16,507 nucleotides of DNA from positions 1 to 16,507 of the forward strand of contig JBQLZK010000103.1 of NCBI GenBank assembly GCA_052168235.1. The letters run 5' to 3'. Numbering within the stretch: the stretch's first letter is position 1; the number at the start of each line of letters is the position of its first letter. The position numbers were made by a program, and so were the translations under genes. This stretch comes from Thainema sp. (GTDB lineage Bacteria; Cyanobacteriota; Cyanobacteriia; Phormidesmidales; Phormidesmidaceae). This document shows positions 1 through 7,979 of the stretch, in pieces. The notes under the pieces were generated by a model. That model did not search any database, was not told the origin of the DNA, and was given only the letters and a program-made list of their open reading frames with translations.

Positions 1-25
1 CAACTGGTTCATAAACGACTGCTAC

Positions 26-54
26 TGTACCTCATTCGAATGAGAACCGCTATA
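26..54. repeat. Short palindromic element, possibly a short dispersed repeat (TGTACCTCATTCGAATGAGAACCGCTATA)
   Basis: Perfect 14-bp palindrome CTCATTCGAATGAG at 31-44. The flanks resemble, from memory, short dispersed repeats of filamentous cyanobacteria. Only one copy is in the window. Confidence 0.45.
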
Positions 55-78
55 TCAAGTCCACGTATAAGAACCCAA

Positions 79-119
79 TTTTTTGCGAAACGCTTGCTTG
101 GCAAGCGTTTCGCAAAAAA
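79..119. repeat. Perfect inverted repeat, 19-bp arms, 3-nt loop; possible bidirectional terminator
   Basis: TTTTTTGCGAAACGCTTGC-TTG-GCAAGCGTTTCGCAAAAAA. Confidence 0.85.
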
Positions 120-176
120 GATTAATTTTAGGCATAGTCGGGGCAAGAGTTTTTTGCCCTGGCCTTATATTTGCAG

Positions 177-743
177 ATGAATATTATTGATCTTTCGGCT
201 GATCAGCCGGAGTATATTCAAGCGGCTGCGCGTTTGCTGATCACTGGCTTTCAGCAGATGGCTCCCCATGCGTGGCCGGATGTGGACTCAGCGCTGGAAG
301 AAGTGCATGAGTCTTTGGAGTGCGATCGCATCAGCCGCATTATGTTATCCGTTAACGGTGAGGTTATCGGCTGGATCGGCGGCATCTCTCAGTACCACGG
401 CAAAAGCTGGGAGTTGCACCCGCTTGTGGTCGATCCGGCTTATCAGCGTCAGGGAATTGGGCGTCGTTTAGTGGCGGACTTGGAGCAGCAGGTGCAGCGG
501 CGGGGTGGTGTCACTCTCTACTTGGGAAGCGACGATGAGATGAATTTGACTTCAATATCGGGCATTGATCTCTACCCCAACGTGCTGGAGCGGCTGCTAA
601 CTATTCAAAATCTTCGCCAGCACCCATTTGAGTTTTACCAAAAAGTTGGCTTTGAGATTGTCGGCATCTTGCCCGATGCCAATGGTTTCGGTAAGCCCGA
701 TATTCTAATGGCAAAACGAGTGACAAATACTGAAACCCGTTAG
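177..743 (+). CDS. GNAT N-acetyltransferase, AAC(6')-Ia/Ii-like (aminoglycoside 6'-N-acetyltransferase family)
   Basis: Acetyl-CoA motif YQRQGIGR plus family motifs WELHPLVV, RGGVTLYLGSDD, IQNLRQHPFEFYQK and LPDANGFGKPDILMAK. ATG at 177 is preferred over TTG at 171. Confidence 0.85.
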   Translation: MNIIDLSADQPEYIQAAARLLITGFQQMAPHAWPDVDSALEEVHESLECDRISRIMLSVNGEVIGWIGGISQYHGKSWELHPLVVDPAYQRQGIGRRLVADLEQQVQRRGGVTLYLGSDDEMNLTSISGIDLYPNVLERLLTIQNLRQHPFEFYQKVGFEIVGILPDANGFGKPDILMAKRVTNTETR

Positions 744-778
744 ACGCCGCACGGTGCATGGCGTTCAACGGGTTTCAG
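730..778. terminator. Imperfect hairpin overlapping the GNAT stop codon, between convergent genes
   Basis: CTGAAACCCGTT (730-741) pairs with AACGGGTTTCAG (767-778); inner ACGCC/GGCGT and GCAC/GTGC stems. Confidence 0.6.
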
Positions 779-812
779 GGAATGTGCGATCGCACTCAAT
801 TCAATCAGCTGA

Positions 813-1358
813 CTACTGAAGCTTTTTCTTGACGAAGGCCAAAATTTGGGCCGTTTGCTTCTTCAGGGCATTGACCTCAGCTTGAAGCTTGGCAACCTGT
901 TGCTTCAAGGCCTCGACTTCAGCCGAACTTGCACCCGCACCCGCAGCCTCTGTCGCCGCACCTGCAGGTTTGGGCCGAGGCTTCTTGGCCTTGGCCATTG
1001 CGCCCTTAATAGCACCGACCAGTTCTTTTTGCTCAAACGGCTTCTCGATGAACTCAAAGAACTCAAACGGCTCTGTTAGTTTTTCGGTAACTTCTTCCTT
1101 CCGACCCGACATCAGCACCAGCGGTACATTGTAGAGCTTGGGATCAGACTGCATTTCTTGAAACACTTCCCAGCCGCTGATGCGCGGTAGCAGGAAGTCG
1201 AGCATGATTAGGTTGGGACGTTCCTGACGCATGAGTTCGAGTCCTTCGGCACCATCCTTGGCTTCGATGACTTCAAAATTACCCTGCGGCAACATGTCCC
1301 GAACTCGCATCCGAATGACTCGGCTGTCGTCAATCACTAGGATTTTGTGCCCTGCCAC
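813..1358 (-). CDS. Response regulator: receiver domain, Pro/Ala linker and C-terminal coiled coil
   Basis: KILVIDD, phosphoacceptor in LIMLDFLLP, MSG, EKPF; GTG start with AGAGGAG RBS upstream. Confidence 0.92.
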   Translation of the reverse strand: MAGHKILVIDDSRVIRMRVRDMLPQGNFEVIEAKDGAEGLELMRQERPNLIMLDFLLPRISGWEVFQEMQSDPKLYNVPLVLMSGRKEEVTEKLTEPFEFFEFIEKPFEQKELVGAIKGAMAKAKKPRPKPAGAATEAAGAGASSAEVEALKQQVAKLQAEVNALKKQTAQILAFVKKKLQ

Positions 1359-1828
1359 GATGAACTCCTCTGCTACTGAATGTCAGGAATAGATTGCAAT
1401 AAGACGAAAAAGATAAAGTGACGATCTCGCGTGATCCTGTTTGAGATTGATCTTGGTTGATACAGTGCGATTCAAAACTGAATCCGGCAAAAACGCAATT
1501 TGGTCATCACATCAGGAAAATCTGTATATAACCAGTGATCCTTTCACCATTATTCCTATTTTGTCGTGAAAACTAACAGGCTGTAGTGATTCGCGATTCA
1601 CTCGTACACCAGATATTAGCTCGACTTTGGCCTTTGGAACCTGAGAATCAGGCAATTTCGCATTTTTTAATAGACTTCAATTGTACGCTCCGCTCCAAAA
1701 CAGTGATTCTATCGTTGTATCGCAGTTGTGGTATTGCAGTGCCATCCTCATCGTTCCCGATTTGGGTTGCCAACGCGAGATGTTGATTAGATTAGAATCT
1801 GAGGTGAATACGTGTCACTTCAGCGTTT

Positions 1829-2779
1829 ATGCCGTCTTACTCAGACCTGTCCATGTCAGATTCCTCTGTTGTTCGTTCCCCAGCCGATCCGCAAGCGCTC
1901 CGTCGTGCTGAGATTCAGTCGATGCCGACTTGGCTACGACGTTCGATTGGGAAAGCCAGCGAAATTTCTACTGTTCAGAAAATTATTAAACAGCGGCAAA
2001 TTCACACCATCTGCGAAGAAGGTCGCTGTCCCAATCGCGGCGAATGCTATGCCCAGAAAACCGCCACGTTTTTGCTGATGGGGCCAACCTGCACCCGCTC
2101 CTGTGGCTTTTGCCAGGTAGATAAAGGCCATGCTCCGATGCCGCTCGATCCGGACGAACCGCAAAAGGTGGCCGAGTCGGTGCGCCTACTGGGTCTGCGC
2201 TACGTAGTGCTCACTTCCGTCGCTCGTGACGATCTCGACGACAAAGGCGCAGGCTGGTTTGTGCAAACCATGTACGCCATCCGCCAGCAGAATCCCGACA
2301 CTCAAATCGAAGTACTGACGCCGGACTTTTGGGGCGGACAAGATGCCGCTCAGGCGCAGCGCGATCGCATTTTTACCGTTACCCGCGCCCAGCCCGCTTG
2401 CTTTAACCACAACATCGAAACCGTGCGCCATCTCCAGGCTCCGGTACGACGGGGAGCTAAGTATGACCGCTCGCTCAACGTCCTCCGCTATGTCAAAGAG
2501 TGCGATTCTTCAATTCCCACGAAATCTGGCCTGATGGTGGGGCATGGCGAAACCGAGGCCGAGCTGATTGAAACGATGCAGGATCTTAGAGCGGTGAACT
2601 GCGATCGCATCACCATTGGCCAATACATGCGCCCGTCGCTGGAACATTTACCCGTGCAGAAATACTGGACACCGGAAGAATTTGACCGCCTGGGTGATAT
2701 CGCCCGTGAGATGGGATTCACTCATGTGCGCTCTGGCCCCCTCGTCCGCAGTTCCTACCACGCAGGCGAAAAAGCTTGA
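1829..2779 (+). CDS. lipA: Lipoyl synthase (radical SAM)
   Basis: [12 protein letters not shown] (CX4CX5C), CTRSCGFC (CX3CX2C), C-terminal VRSSYHA. The exact start is uncertain (1829, 1853 or 1922). Confidence 0.97.
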   Translation: MPSYSDLSMSDSSVVRSPADPQALRRAEIQSMPTWLRRSIGKASEISTVQKIIKQRQIHTICEEGRCPNRGECYAQKTATFLLMGPTCTRSCGFCQVDKGHAPMPLDPDEPQKVAESVRLLGLRYVVLTSVARDDLDDKGAGWFVQTMYAIRQQNPDTQIEVLTPDFWGGQDAAQAQRDRIFTVTRAQPACFNHNIETVRHLQAPVRRGAKYDRSLNVLRYVKECDSSIPTKSGLMVGHGETEAELIETMQDLRAVNCDRITIGQYMRPSLEHLPVQKYWTPEEFDRLGDIAREMGFTHVRSGPLVRSSYHAGEKA

Positions 2780-2783
2780 ATAC

Positions 2784-2821
2784 GCGAAAGCGGACGACGT
2801 GACAACGCCGTCCGCTTTCGC
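2784..2821. terminator. Hairpin between convergent lipA and natD; probable bidirectional terminator
   Basis: GCGAAAGCGGACGACGT-GACA-ACGCCGTCCGCTTTCGC: 17-bp stem with one mismatch, which is G-U on the minus strand. Confidence 0.7.
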
Positions 2822-2834
2822 ATGATTGGAACAG

Positions 2835-3701
2835 TTAAATCGTGCCTCTAAAAATTCCCTGGGGCCGGAACAGCAGCACCAGCACCATCATGAACAGCGC
2901 GACGCCAAGCTTATATTCAGTTGGTAAAAAGTAGAGGCTGACTTCTTGAGCGACGCCGATTACGAGAGCACCTGCGATCGCACCGTAGGGATTACCGATT
3001 CCACCCAGAATCACCGCTGCAAACATCGGTAAAATCAAAAACCAGCCCATATTGGGTCGCACGGCTGTGATTAGGCCATACATGCCGCCACCGAGCGCTG
3101 TTAAACCACCTGCAATCACCCACGTCCAGATCACCACGTTTTCCACGTTGATGCCGGAGACGCGAGCCAGATCAATGTCATCGGCTACCGCCCGCATCGC
3201 TTTGCCAATCTTGGTATTTTGCAGCAGATAGTGCAGACCCAGAATCGCCAAAATCGCCAATCCAATCACAATAACCCGGTAAAACGCAATCCGCACACCG
3301 AAAATATCCATGGCGGCGGCAACGGGCAAATCGTAGTTTTGGTTGCCCGCACCCCACCAAAAAATGATGAAATTACGAATAAATAAGGCCAAACCGATTG
3401 AAATAATGATTAGCGTCGTCGATGTGGCTCGCTGCTGCCGCATCGGTTTCCAAATGGTGTATTCGCTAACTAATGCAGCTCCAATCGTCAGCGCAACCCC
3501 AACAATCATGGACAACCAGATGTTCAGCCCCAAAAGTACATTCGCCAGCAGCGTAAAGTAAGCACCGGAGGTGAGAAAGTCTCCGTGGGCAAAGTTGGCC
3601 AGTCGCAGAATCCCGTAGGTAAGCGTCAGCCCTACCGCTGCCAGGGCAATAATGCTGCCTACCGCAATTCCATTCACAAACAGTTGAATAAATTCCGTCA
3701 T
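2835..3701 (-). CDS. natD: Neutral/branched-chain amino acid ABC transporter permease (LivH family)
   Basis: NGIAVGSIIALAAVGLTLTYGILRLANFAHGDF, TKIGKAMRAVADD, AAVILGGIGN, FRPQGIF; multiple TM segments. Confidence 0.9.
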   Translation of the reverse strand: MTEFIQLFVNGIAVGSIIALAAVGLTLTYGILRLANFAHGDFLTSGAYFTLLANVLLGLNIWLSMIVGVALTIGAALVSEYTIWKPMRQQRATSTTLIIISIGLALFIRNFIIFWWGAGNQNYDLPVAAAMDIFGVRIAFYRVIVIGLAILAILGLHYLLQNTKIGKAMRAVADDIDLARVSGINVENVVIWTWVIAGGLTALGGGMYGLITAVRPNMGWFLILPMFAAVILGGIGNPYGAIAGALVIGVAQEVSLYFLPTEYKLGVALFMMVLVLLFRPQGIFRGTI

Positions 3702-3743
3702 GCTTAATCGTTACTAAATTGCGTTCACCTCATCCCCTCATGA

Positions 3744-3832
3744 GGTAGTGTTTCAAACCTGTGGTTGGTGGTTGTGGAGGGGGCGCTAAGCGCCCCCTCC
3801 ACAACCACCAACCACAGATCTAGAACAGAACC
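3744..3832. mobile_element. 89-bp foldback MITE-like element with 9-bp target-site duplication
   Basis: 44-bp arms symmetric about 3788, with the inner 29 bp perfect (3759-3787/3789-3817). Both ends read GGnnnTG (GGTAGTG and GGTTCTG). Flanked by the direct repeat CCCTCATGA at 3735-3743 and 3833-3841. Confidence 0.7.
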
Positions 3833-3907
3833 CCCTCATGATTGTGCAAGAATTGAGGCAATTGAGAAAGTTCATACGGATAACTTTACTGCCAGCCGGA
3901 AATCATT

Positions 3908-4108
3908 ATGACTCAACTCGCAATCAAGGTTCCGAACATGGCCTGTGCTGCCTGTGCTGAAACCATCACCAAAGCGGTGCAGGCTGTTGATGGCAAAGCC
4001 AGCGTTCAAGCTGATCCTAAAACTAAGGATGTCCAAATTAATAGCACGGCCTCAGAAACTGAAATCAAGCAGGCGATTGAAGCCGCAGGCTACACTGTTA
4101 GCTCATAG
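3908..4108 (+). CDS. atx1: Copper chaperone, HMA domain (Atx1/CopZ family)
   Basis: 66 aa, MACAAC (CXXC) motif, C-terminal AIEAAGY. Confidence 0.88.
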   Translation: MTQLAIKVPNMACAACAETITKAVQAVDGKASVQADPKTKDVQINSTASETEIKQAIEAAGYTVSS

Positions 4109-4121
4109 GTTAAGTCTTAAG

Positions 4122-4164
4122 AAGCTAGAAGGGATGGTTGCCAGGCAACCATCCCTTCTAGCTT
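4122..4164. terminator. Perfect palindrome (21-bp arms, 1-nt centre) between convergent atx1 and terC
   Basis: AAGCTAGAAGGGATGGTTGCC-A-GGCAACCATCCCTTCTAGCTT. Confidence 0.7.
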
Positions 4165-4191
4165 GTTGATTAGGCTGTGATTTCAACAGCT

Positions 4192-5058
4192 CTACGCACG
4201 ATTTGAGTTTGCTTCTCGCTGGTTGCTTTCGCTGCTGGTAGCTTCACTGACGGCAATTTTGGACGCTAGCCGAGACCGATCTTCATCATGATCATTGGTT
4301 TCTGAGTCATCCACTTCGACTGGAGATAAACCGTTTTGGTTGAGTTTGTTTACGTGGTGGCCGTCTGCAGCAATCTTAGGTTCTTCATCAACCCGTTTGG
4401 AAAAGCCCCAAATAAATAGAATGGCAATTAGCGACACCATGACCCATTCTGGGGGCACCCAGTTTTCATTGATGACCCTCACTAGGAGCCGAACGCCAAC
4501 AAATCCGACGGTGATAAATCCGGCATCTTCTAAGTGAACGTATTCATCTAACCAGCGGATAAATAGACCCGCCATGAACCGCAGAGTGATGACGCCGACT
4601 AGGCCGCCCGTAATTACCAGCCAGGTTTCACGAGAAATTGCGATCGCAGTTGTGACGCTATCCAGCGAGAAAGCCAGGTCGGTCAGCGCAATAATCGGAA
4701 CGGCTTGCCAAATAGTCTGGAATTTTGGCCCGTGATGCTGGTGTTCATCGTCTTCCTCAGCAGAGAAGTGCTGAAACACTAGCCACAGCAAGTAGCAGGC
4801 ACCCAAAACTTCAAACTGCCAGAACCGCAGTACCCAAGTTGCCGTCAGAATCAGCACCACTCTGAGGACAAAGGCAATGACCAGACCCACATTGAGGGCA
4901 CGCCGCTGCATGGTGCCGCTTCCCAGACCTTGGGCAATTGCCGCTAGTGCGATCGCATTATCTGCCGATAACACGGCCTCCAGCGCAATGAGCACTGGCA
5001 GCAGTAGCAACGTATCAACTCCGACGTTGGAGGAATAACTGAGTAAAGAATCCAACAT
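4192..5058 (-). CDS. TerC family integral membrane protein
   Basis: LEAVLSADNA, DLAFSLDSV, GVITLRFMAGLFIRWL; about 7 TM segments; acidic/His-rich tail. Confidence 0.92.
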   Translation of the reverse strand: MLDSLLSYSSNVGVDTLLLLPVLIALEAVLSADNAIALAAIAQGLGSGTMQRRALNVGLVIAFVLRVVLILTATWVLRFWQFEVLGACYLLWLVFQHFSAEEDDEHQHHGPKFQTIWQAVPIIALTDLAFSLDSVTTAIAISRETWLVITGGLVGVITLRFMAGLFIRWLDEYVHLEDAGFITVGFVGVRLLVRVINENWVPPEWVMVSLIAILFIWGFSKRVDEEPKIAADGHHVNKLNQNGLSPVEVDDSETNDHDEDRSRLASKIAVSEATSSESNQREANSNRA

Positions 5059-5311
5059 TAATGTGTTATGCGTACAACCGTTTCAAAATGAGCCAAGTTC
5101 AATTTGGAAGAACAGAGCGCAGTCTCTTTAGAATAACTTGCTTACTCTCAACACTGGCTGATCCCAGCGTAAGACATTGTTTTTATATTTAAATTTAGAC
5201 CAAAGCAGATACGACCATGTTACGCCTCAGAAAAGGCAGGTGGCAGACTAGGGAAATGAGGCATAATATGTGTTCTCAAGCTGCACGATGAGTTTAGAGT
5301 AAGTGGCTGTG

Positions 5312-6478
5312 ATGCAATCTTTGTTTGCCCAATTTCAAACCCGCTATCCGTCTGGCGGTCTGATTACCGAGCTTCTGACTATTCATGACGGTAACTATGT
5401 GGTGAGGGCACTAATTAACGTGGGTGATCGGGCGATCGCAACCGGTATGGCGGCGGCACCAACGGTTGAAGCTGCCGAGGATCAAGCCCGTCTGCGCGCC
5501 TTACAAATGTTCAACCAGCTGTCCAATCCGATCACCCCAACCGAAGGACTTGCTCTACAGTCTCCTTTACAGCCTCAGTTCTTGCCCGGACTGTCGATGC
5601 AACCGAATTTGCAGCCGAATGTGGCCGCAAGTCAAACCAGTGGGAGTGGGAGTGCGATCGCAGCGGCTACTCTGGCAGCTAGCAGTCCTCGTCCCAGCCC
5701 CGCACCGTCACCTGTTGTTCCGACTCCGATTAATGGTGGTGCGACGGGCTTGTCTCATCCCCCATCGACTGTAGTTGCATCGTCCCAATCGCAAGCTCCA
5801 GCGGCACCCGCGGCCAAGGTTAACCCTACCGACACGCCCACTAGCTCAACTGCTACATCGGTTGCGGATTCGGTTGCAGGATCACCTGATTGGTCGGTTG
5901 ATTTATCGGCAGCACCCGACTCCACCTTGCCTACGAATTTCTCAATTACTCCTGTTCCCAGTCAGACTTCACCGAAACCCGTTGCCGATCTGTATGCGGC
6001 TGCGACCGAAGAAAGCGTCGCTCAACCTTGGAACCAGGCATCCACTGCAGAACCCGATCGACTTCAATCACCGAGCTTGGCCGGACAGAATGGCAACGAA
6101 CCAGAAGACAATCAGGCCATTCCCTTCCTAGGGGACGATCCGTTAGAACCTGAATTACCGGATGAAGATTTTGCGCCCCCGACTGAAACCGAAGCGACTG
6201 TTCCAGCCAAGGCCACTAAGGCTAAGACTGCCAAATCCGCTAAGTCAACTAAGTCTGCATCCTCAAATCCACCGACAAATCCAGTGATTGATCGTTCCGA
6301 CGAAATTGCCCAAATTGACGTGGAAATGCGCCGTTTGGGTTGGTCAAAGCAGGATGGGCGTAAGCATTTAGAGCAAACCTACAATAAGCGATCGCGGCAA
6401 CAGCTCACGGATGATGAACTATTGGCTTTCCTGGCTTACCTCCAGACACAACCATCTCCGTCACAGTCTCCGTTCTAG
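5312..6478 (+). CDS. Hypothetical protein: folded N- and C-terminal domains joined by a Pro/Ser/Thr/Ala-rich linker
   Basis: Long ORF with an alpha/beta-like N-terminus (ATGMAAAPTVEAAEDQARLRAL) and a helical C-terminus (EMRRLGWSKQDGRKHLEQTYNKRSRQQLTDDELL). Start is ATG 5312 or GTG 5303. Confidence 0.85.
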   Translation: MQSLFAQFQTRYPSGGLITELLTIHDGNYVVRALINVGDRAIATGMAAAPTVEAAEDQARLRALQMFNQLSNPITPTEGLALQSPLQPQFLPGLSMQPNLQPNVAASQTSGSGSAIAAATLAASSPRPSPAPSPVVPTPINGGATGLSHPPSTVVASSQSQAPAAPAAKVNPTDTPTSSTATSVADSVAGSPDWSVDLSAAPDSTLPTNFSITPVPSQTSPKPVADLYAAATEESVAQPWNQASTAEPDRLQSPSLAGQNGNEPEDNQAIPFLGDDPLEPELPDEDFAPPTETEATVPAKATKAKTAKSAKSTKSASSNPPTNPVIDRSDEIAQIDVEMRRLGWSKQDGRKHLEQTYNKRSRQQLTDDELLAFLAYLQTQPSPSQSPF

Positions 6479-6497
6479 TGCTTTGTTAAGTGTGTTT

Positions 6498-6548
6498 TGA
6501 GTGATAGGTTGAAGATATTGCCTCGCAATATCTTCAACCTATCACTCA
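6498..6548. repeat. Perfect inverted repeat, 24-bp arms, 3-nt loop
   Basis: TGAGTGATAGGTTGAAGATATTGC-CTC-GCAATATCTTCAACCTATCACTCA. Confidence 0.9.
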
Positions 6549-6578
6549 TTTCCACCCTGAGCAGGCTACTAGTACAGC

Positions 6579-6636
6579 GTCCAGTTTGGATTGTGGGGGT
6601 ATTCCTTGGGCAATCACCCCACAATCCAAACTGGAC
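6579..6636. repeat. Inverted repeat, perfect 20-bp arms, 18-nt partially paired centre
   Basis: GTCCAGTTTGGATTGTGGGG ... CCCCACAATCCAAACTGGAC. Confidence 0.9.
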
Positions 6637-6666
6637 AAACTGCCAATCGATCCCAAAGTTAGTTTG

Positions 6667-6743
6667 AACCCCAAGACCATTGCGTAACAGTCATGCTCAG
6701 CATGGCTATTACGCAATGGTCTTTACACAACAGTCTTGGGGTT
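6667..6743. repeat. Inverted repeat with a duplicated right arm
   Basis: 6673-6697 pairs with 6699-6723 (25 bp, 2 mismatches); 6667-6687 alternatively pairs with 6723-6743 (21 bp, 3 mismatches). Confidence 0.85.
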
Positions 6744-6769
6744 TGGCAAATGATTATAGTTCTGGCCAG

Positions 6770-7576
6770 CTAGCTAACAAAGTGAAGTTTCCACATGGCT
6801 GAGATCGGATTCTGATATTCATTCCAAGCTTGCCAGAGGATATAAATCGCCAGCAGGAACAGCAGTGTCCGGAACATGAGGCTGACCCATTTATCTGGGA
6901 TTTTGGGTAGAAAGCGAGTGCTAATCTGCACCCCCATCAGGCCACCGAATCCCAGAATTAAACCGGGGGCGAACAGCACATTACCTTGAACTGCGTGGCT
7001 GACAACGGCAGAAATTGAGGTGATGATAATGACCCCAAGGCTGGTGCGCACGGCTGTTTTAATCGGTTCTCCCAGCAGTAGCATTTGCAGTGGCACCATA
7101 ATCACACCGCCGCCAATGCCGAAGATTCCGGCTAAAAAGCCAGCTAGTCCGCCTGTCAACAAGCGGGCAAAAGTCGGATTCATAGAAGCTTGTCCGCCTT
7201 CTGCTCGTTCGGTTTTGAGGCGTTTCCTGATGCCAACTAGGTAGATGTTGACTAACAGCAAAATGCTGAAGGCCACCAGTAGCCAATGAGAAGGAGCGCG
7301 ATCCGCAATGATAGAGCCTAGCCATGCAGTTGCGATCGCAGGTAGCCCCAGCAGTAGAACTTTGCGAAAGTCGAGATAGCCCATGCGCCAATTCTGGATG
7401 CTGCCGGAAATTGAAGTCACGACAATCGCCAAACTACTGGTTGCTACCGCTTGAACTGGGGTATTACCCAAGGTCACCAAAATAGGCACGAGAACCGTTC
7501 CGCCCCCAATTCCCAAGAAGCCAGCTAAAATTCCTGAAAAAACGCCAGCTCCAGCCAACGTCAACCAATCTTCCAT
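6770..7576 (-). CDS. Sulfite exporter TauE/SafE family membrane protein
   Basis: Two-fold repeated GxLAGxxGIGGG..VP motif, AVATS / AVRTS; ATG at 7576 preceded by an AGGAG RBS. Confidence 0.92.
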   Translation of the reverse strand: MEDWLTLAGAGVFSGILAGFLGIGGGTVLVPILVTLGNTPVQAVATSSLAIVVTSISGSIQNWRMGYLDFRKVLLLGLPAIATAWLGSIIADRAPSHWLLVAFSILLLVNIYLVGIRKRLKTERAEGGQASMNPTFARLLTGGLAGFLAGIFGIGGGVIMVPLQMLLLGEPIKTAVRTSLGVIIITSISAVVSHAVQGNVLFAPGLILGFGGLMGVQISTRFLPKIPDKWVSLMFRTLLFLLAIYILWQAWNEYQNPISAMWKLHFVS

Positions 7577-7979
7577 TCTGCTCCTGACCACGACACGAAT
7601 ACCAGGACAGTATACCGAGTCGGTTTTACTCTTTGTCAGTTAGCATACGAAATCCGCTTCATCTCCTAATCAAGACTCAGAACGATTCAGTACCCACTGG
7701 ACTAGAGGGACACGACACAAACCACAAGCTCCCTGCCGCGTAATAATGCCACGTAACAATTTGTGATTGAACTGCGCTTGCAGGTGGCTAGACTTATACA
7801 CTGAGCGGCGTTCGTACCTGTTTTTGATTCGGCAATGTGGCAACGCTCAGTCAATCTGTTAACAAAAACCTTTAAAGTTGCTCCCTGCTGTCAAATCCAG
7901 TACAGTGCTAGTCATCGATTGGGGAAAAGTGGTGGTATACGTTACACAATCTCGTCAACAAGGCACCTCACGAAGGGAC

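Noticed and set aside
730..778. Integron attC site after the AAC(6')-like gene
   Set aside because: It is an imperfect hairpin at the gene end, but I could not identify the RYYYAAC/GTTRRRY core sites in the correct arrangement, and there is no integrase or second cassette.
1586..1911. Short ORFs in the response regulator-lipA intergenic region
   Set aside because: Non-ATG starts, no RBS or recognisable motif; this is probably divergent promoter sequence.
5059..5302. Possible yybP-ykoY (Mn2+) riboswitch upstream of terC
   Set aside because: The minus strand has only loose GAGAGTAAG and AGAGACT echoes, too close together and without the supporting helices. An Rfam/Infernal scan would be needed.
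6479..6769. CRISPR array
   Set aside because: The hairpins are regularly spaced but do not share a repeat sequence, and no cas genes are present.
7932..7945. NtcA-like site GTG-N8-TAC
   Set aside because: It mismatches the GTA-N8-TAC consensus and has no supporting context.
7878..7979. N-terminal extension of the small hypothetical ORF from TTG 7878
   Set aside because: ATG 7980 has a better RBS, and the extension looks like promoter/UTR sequence.
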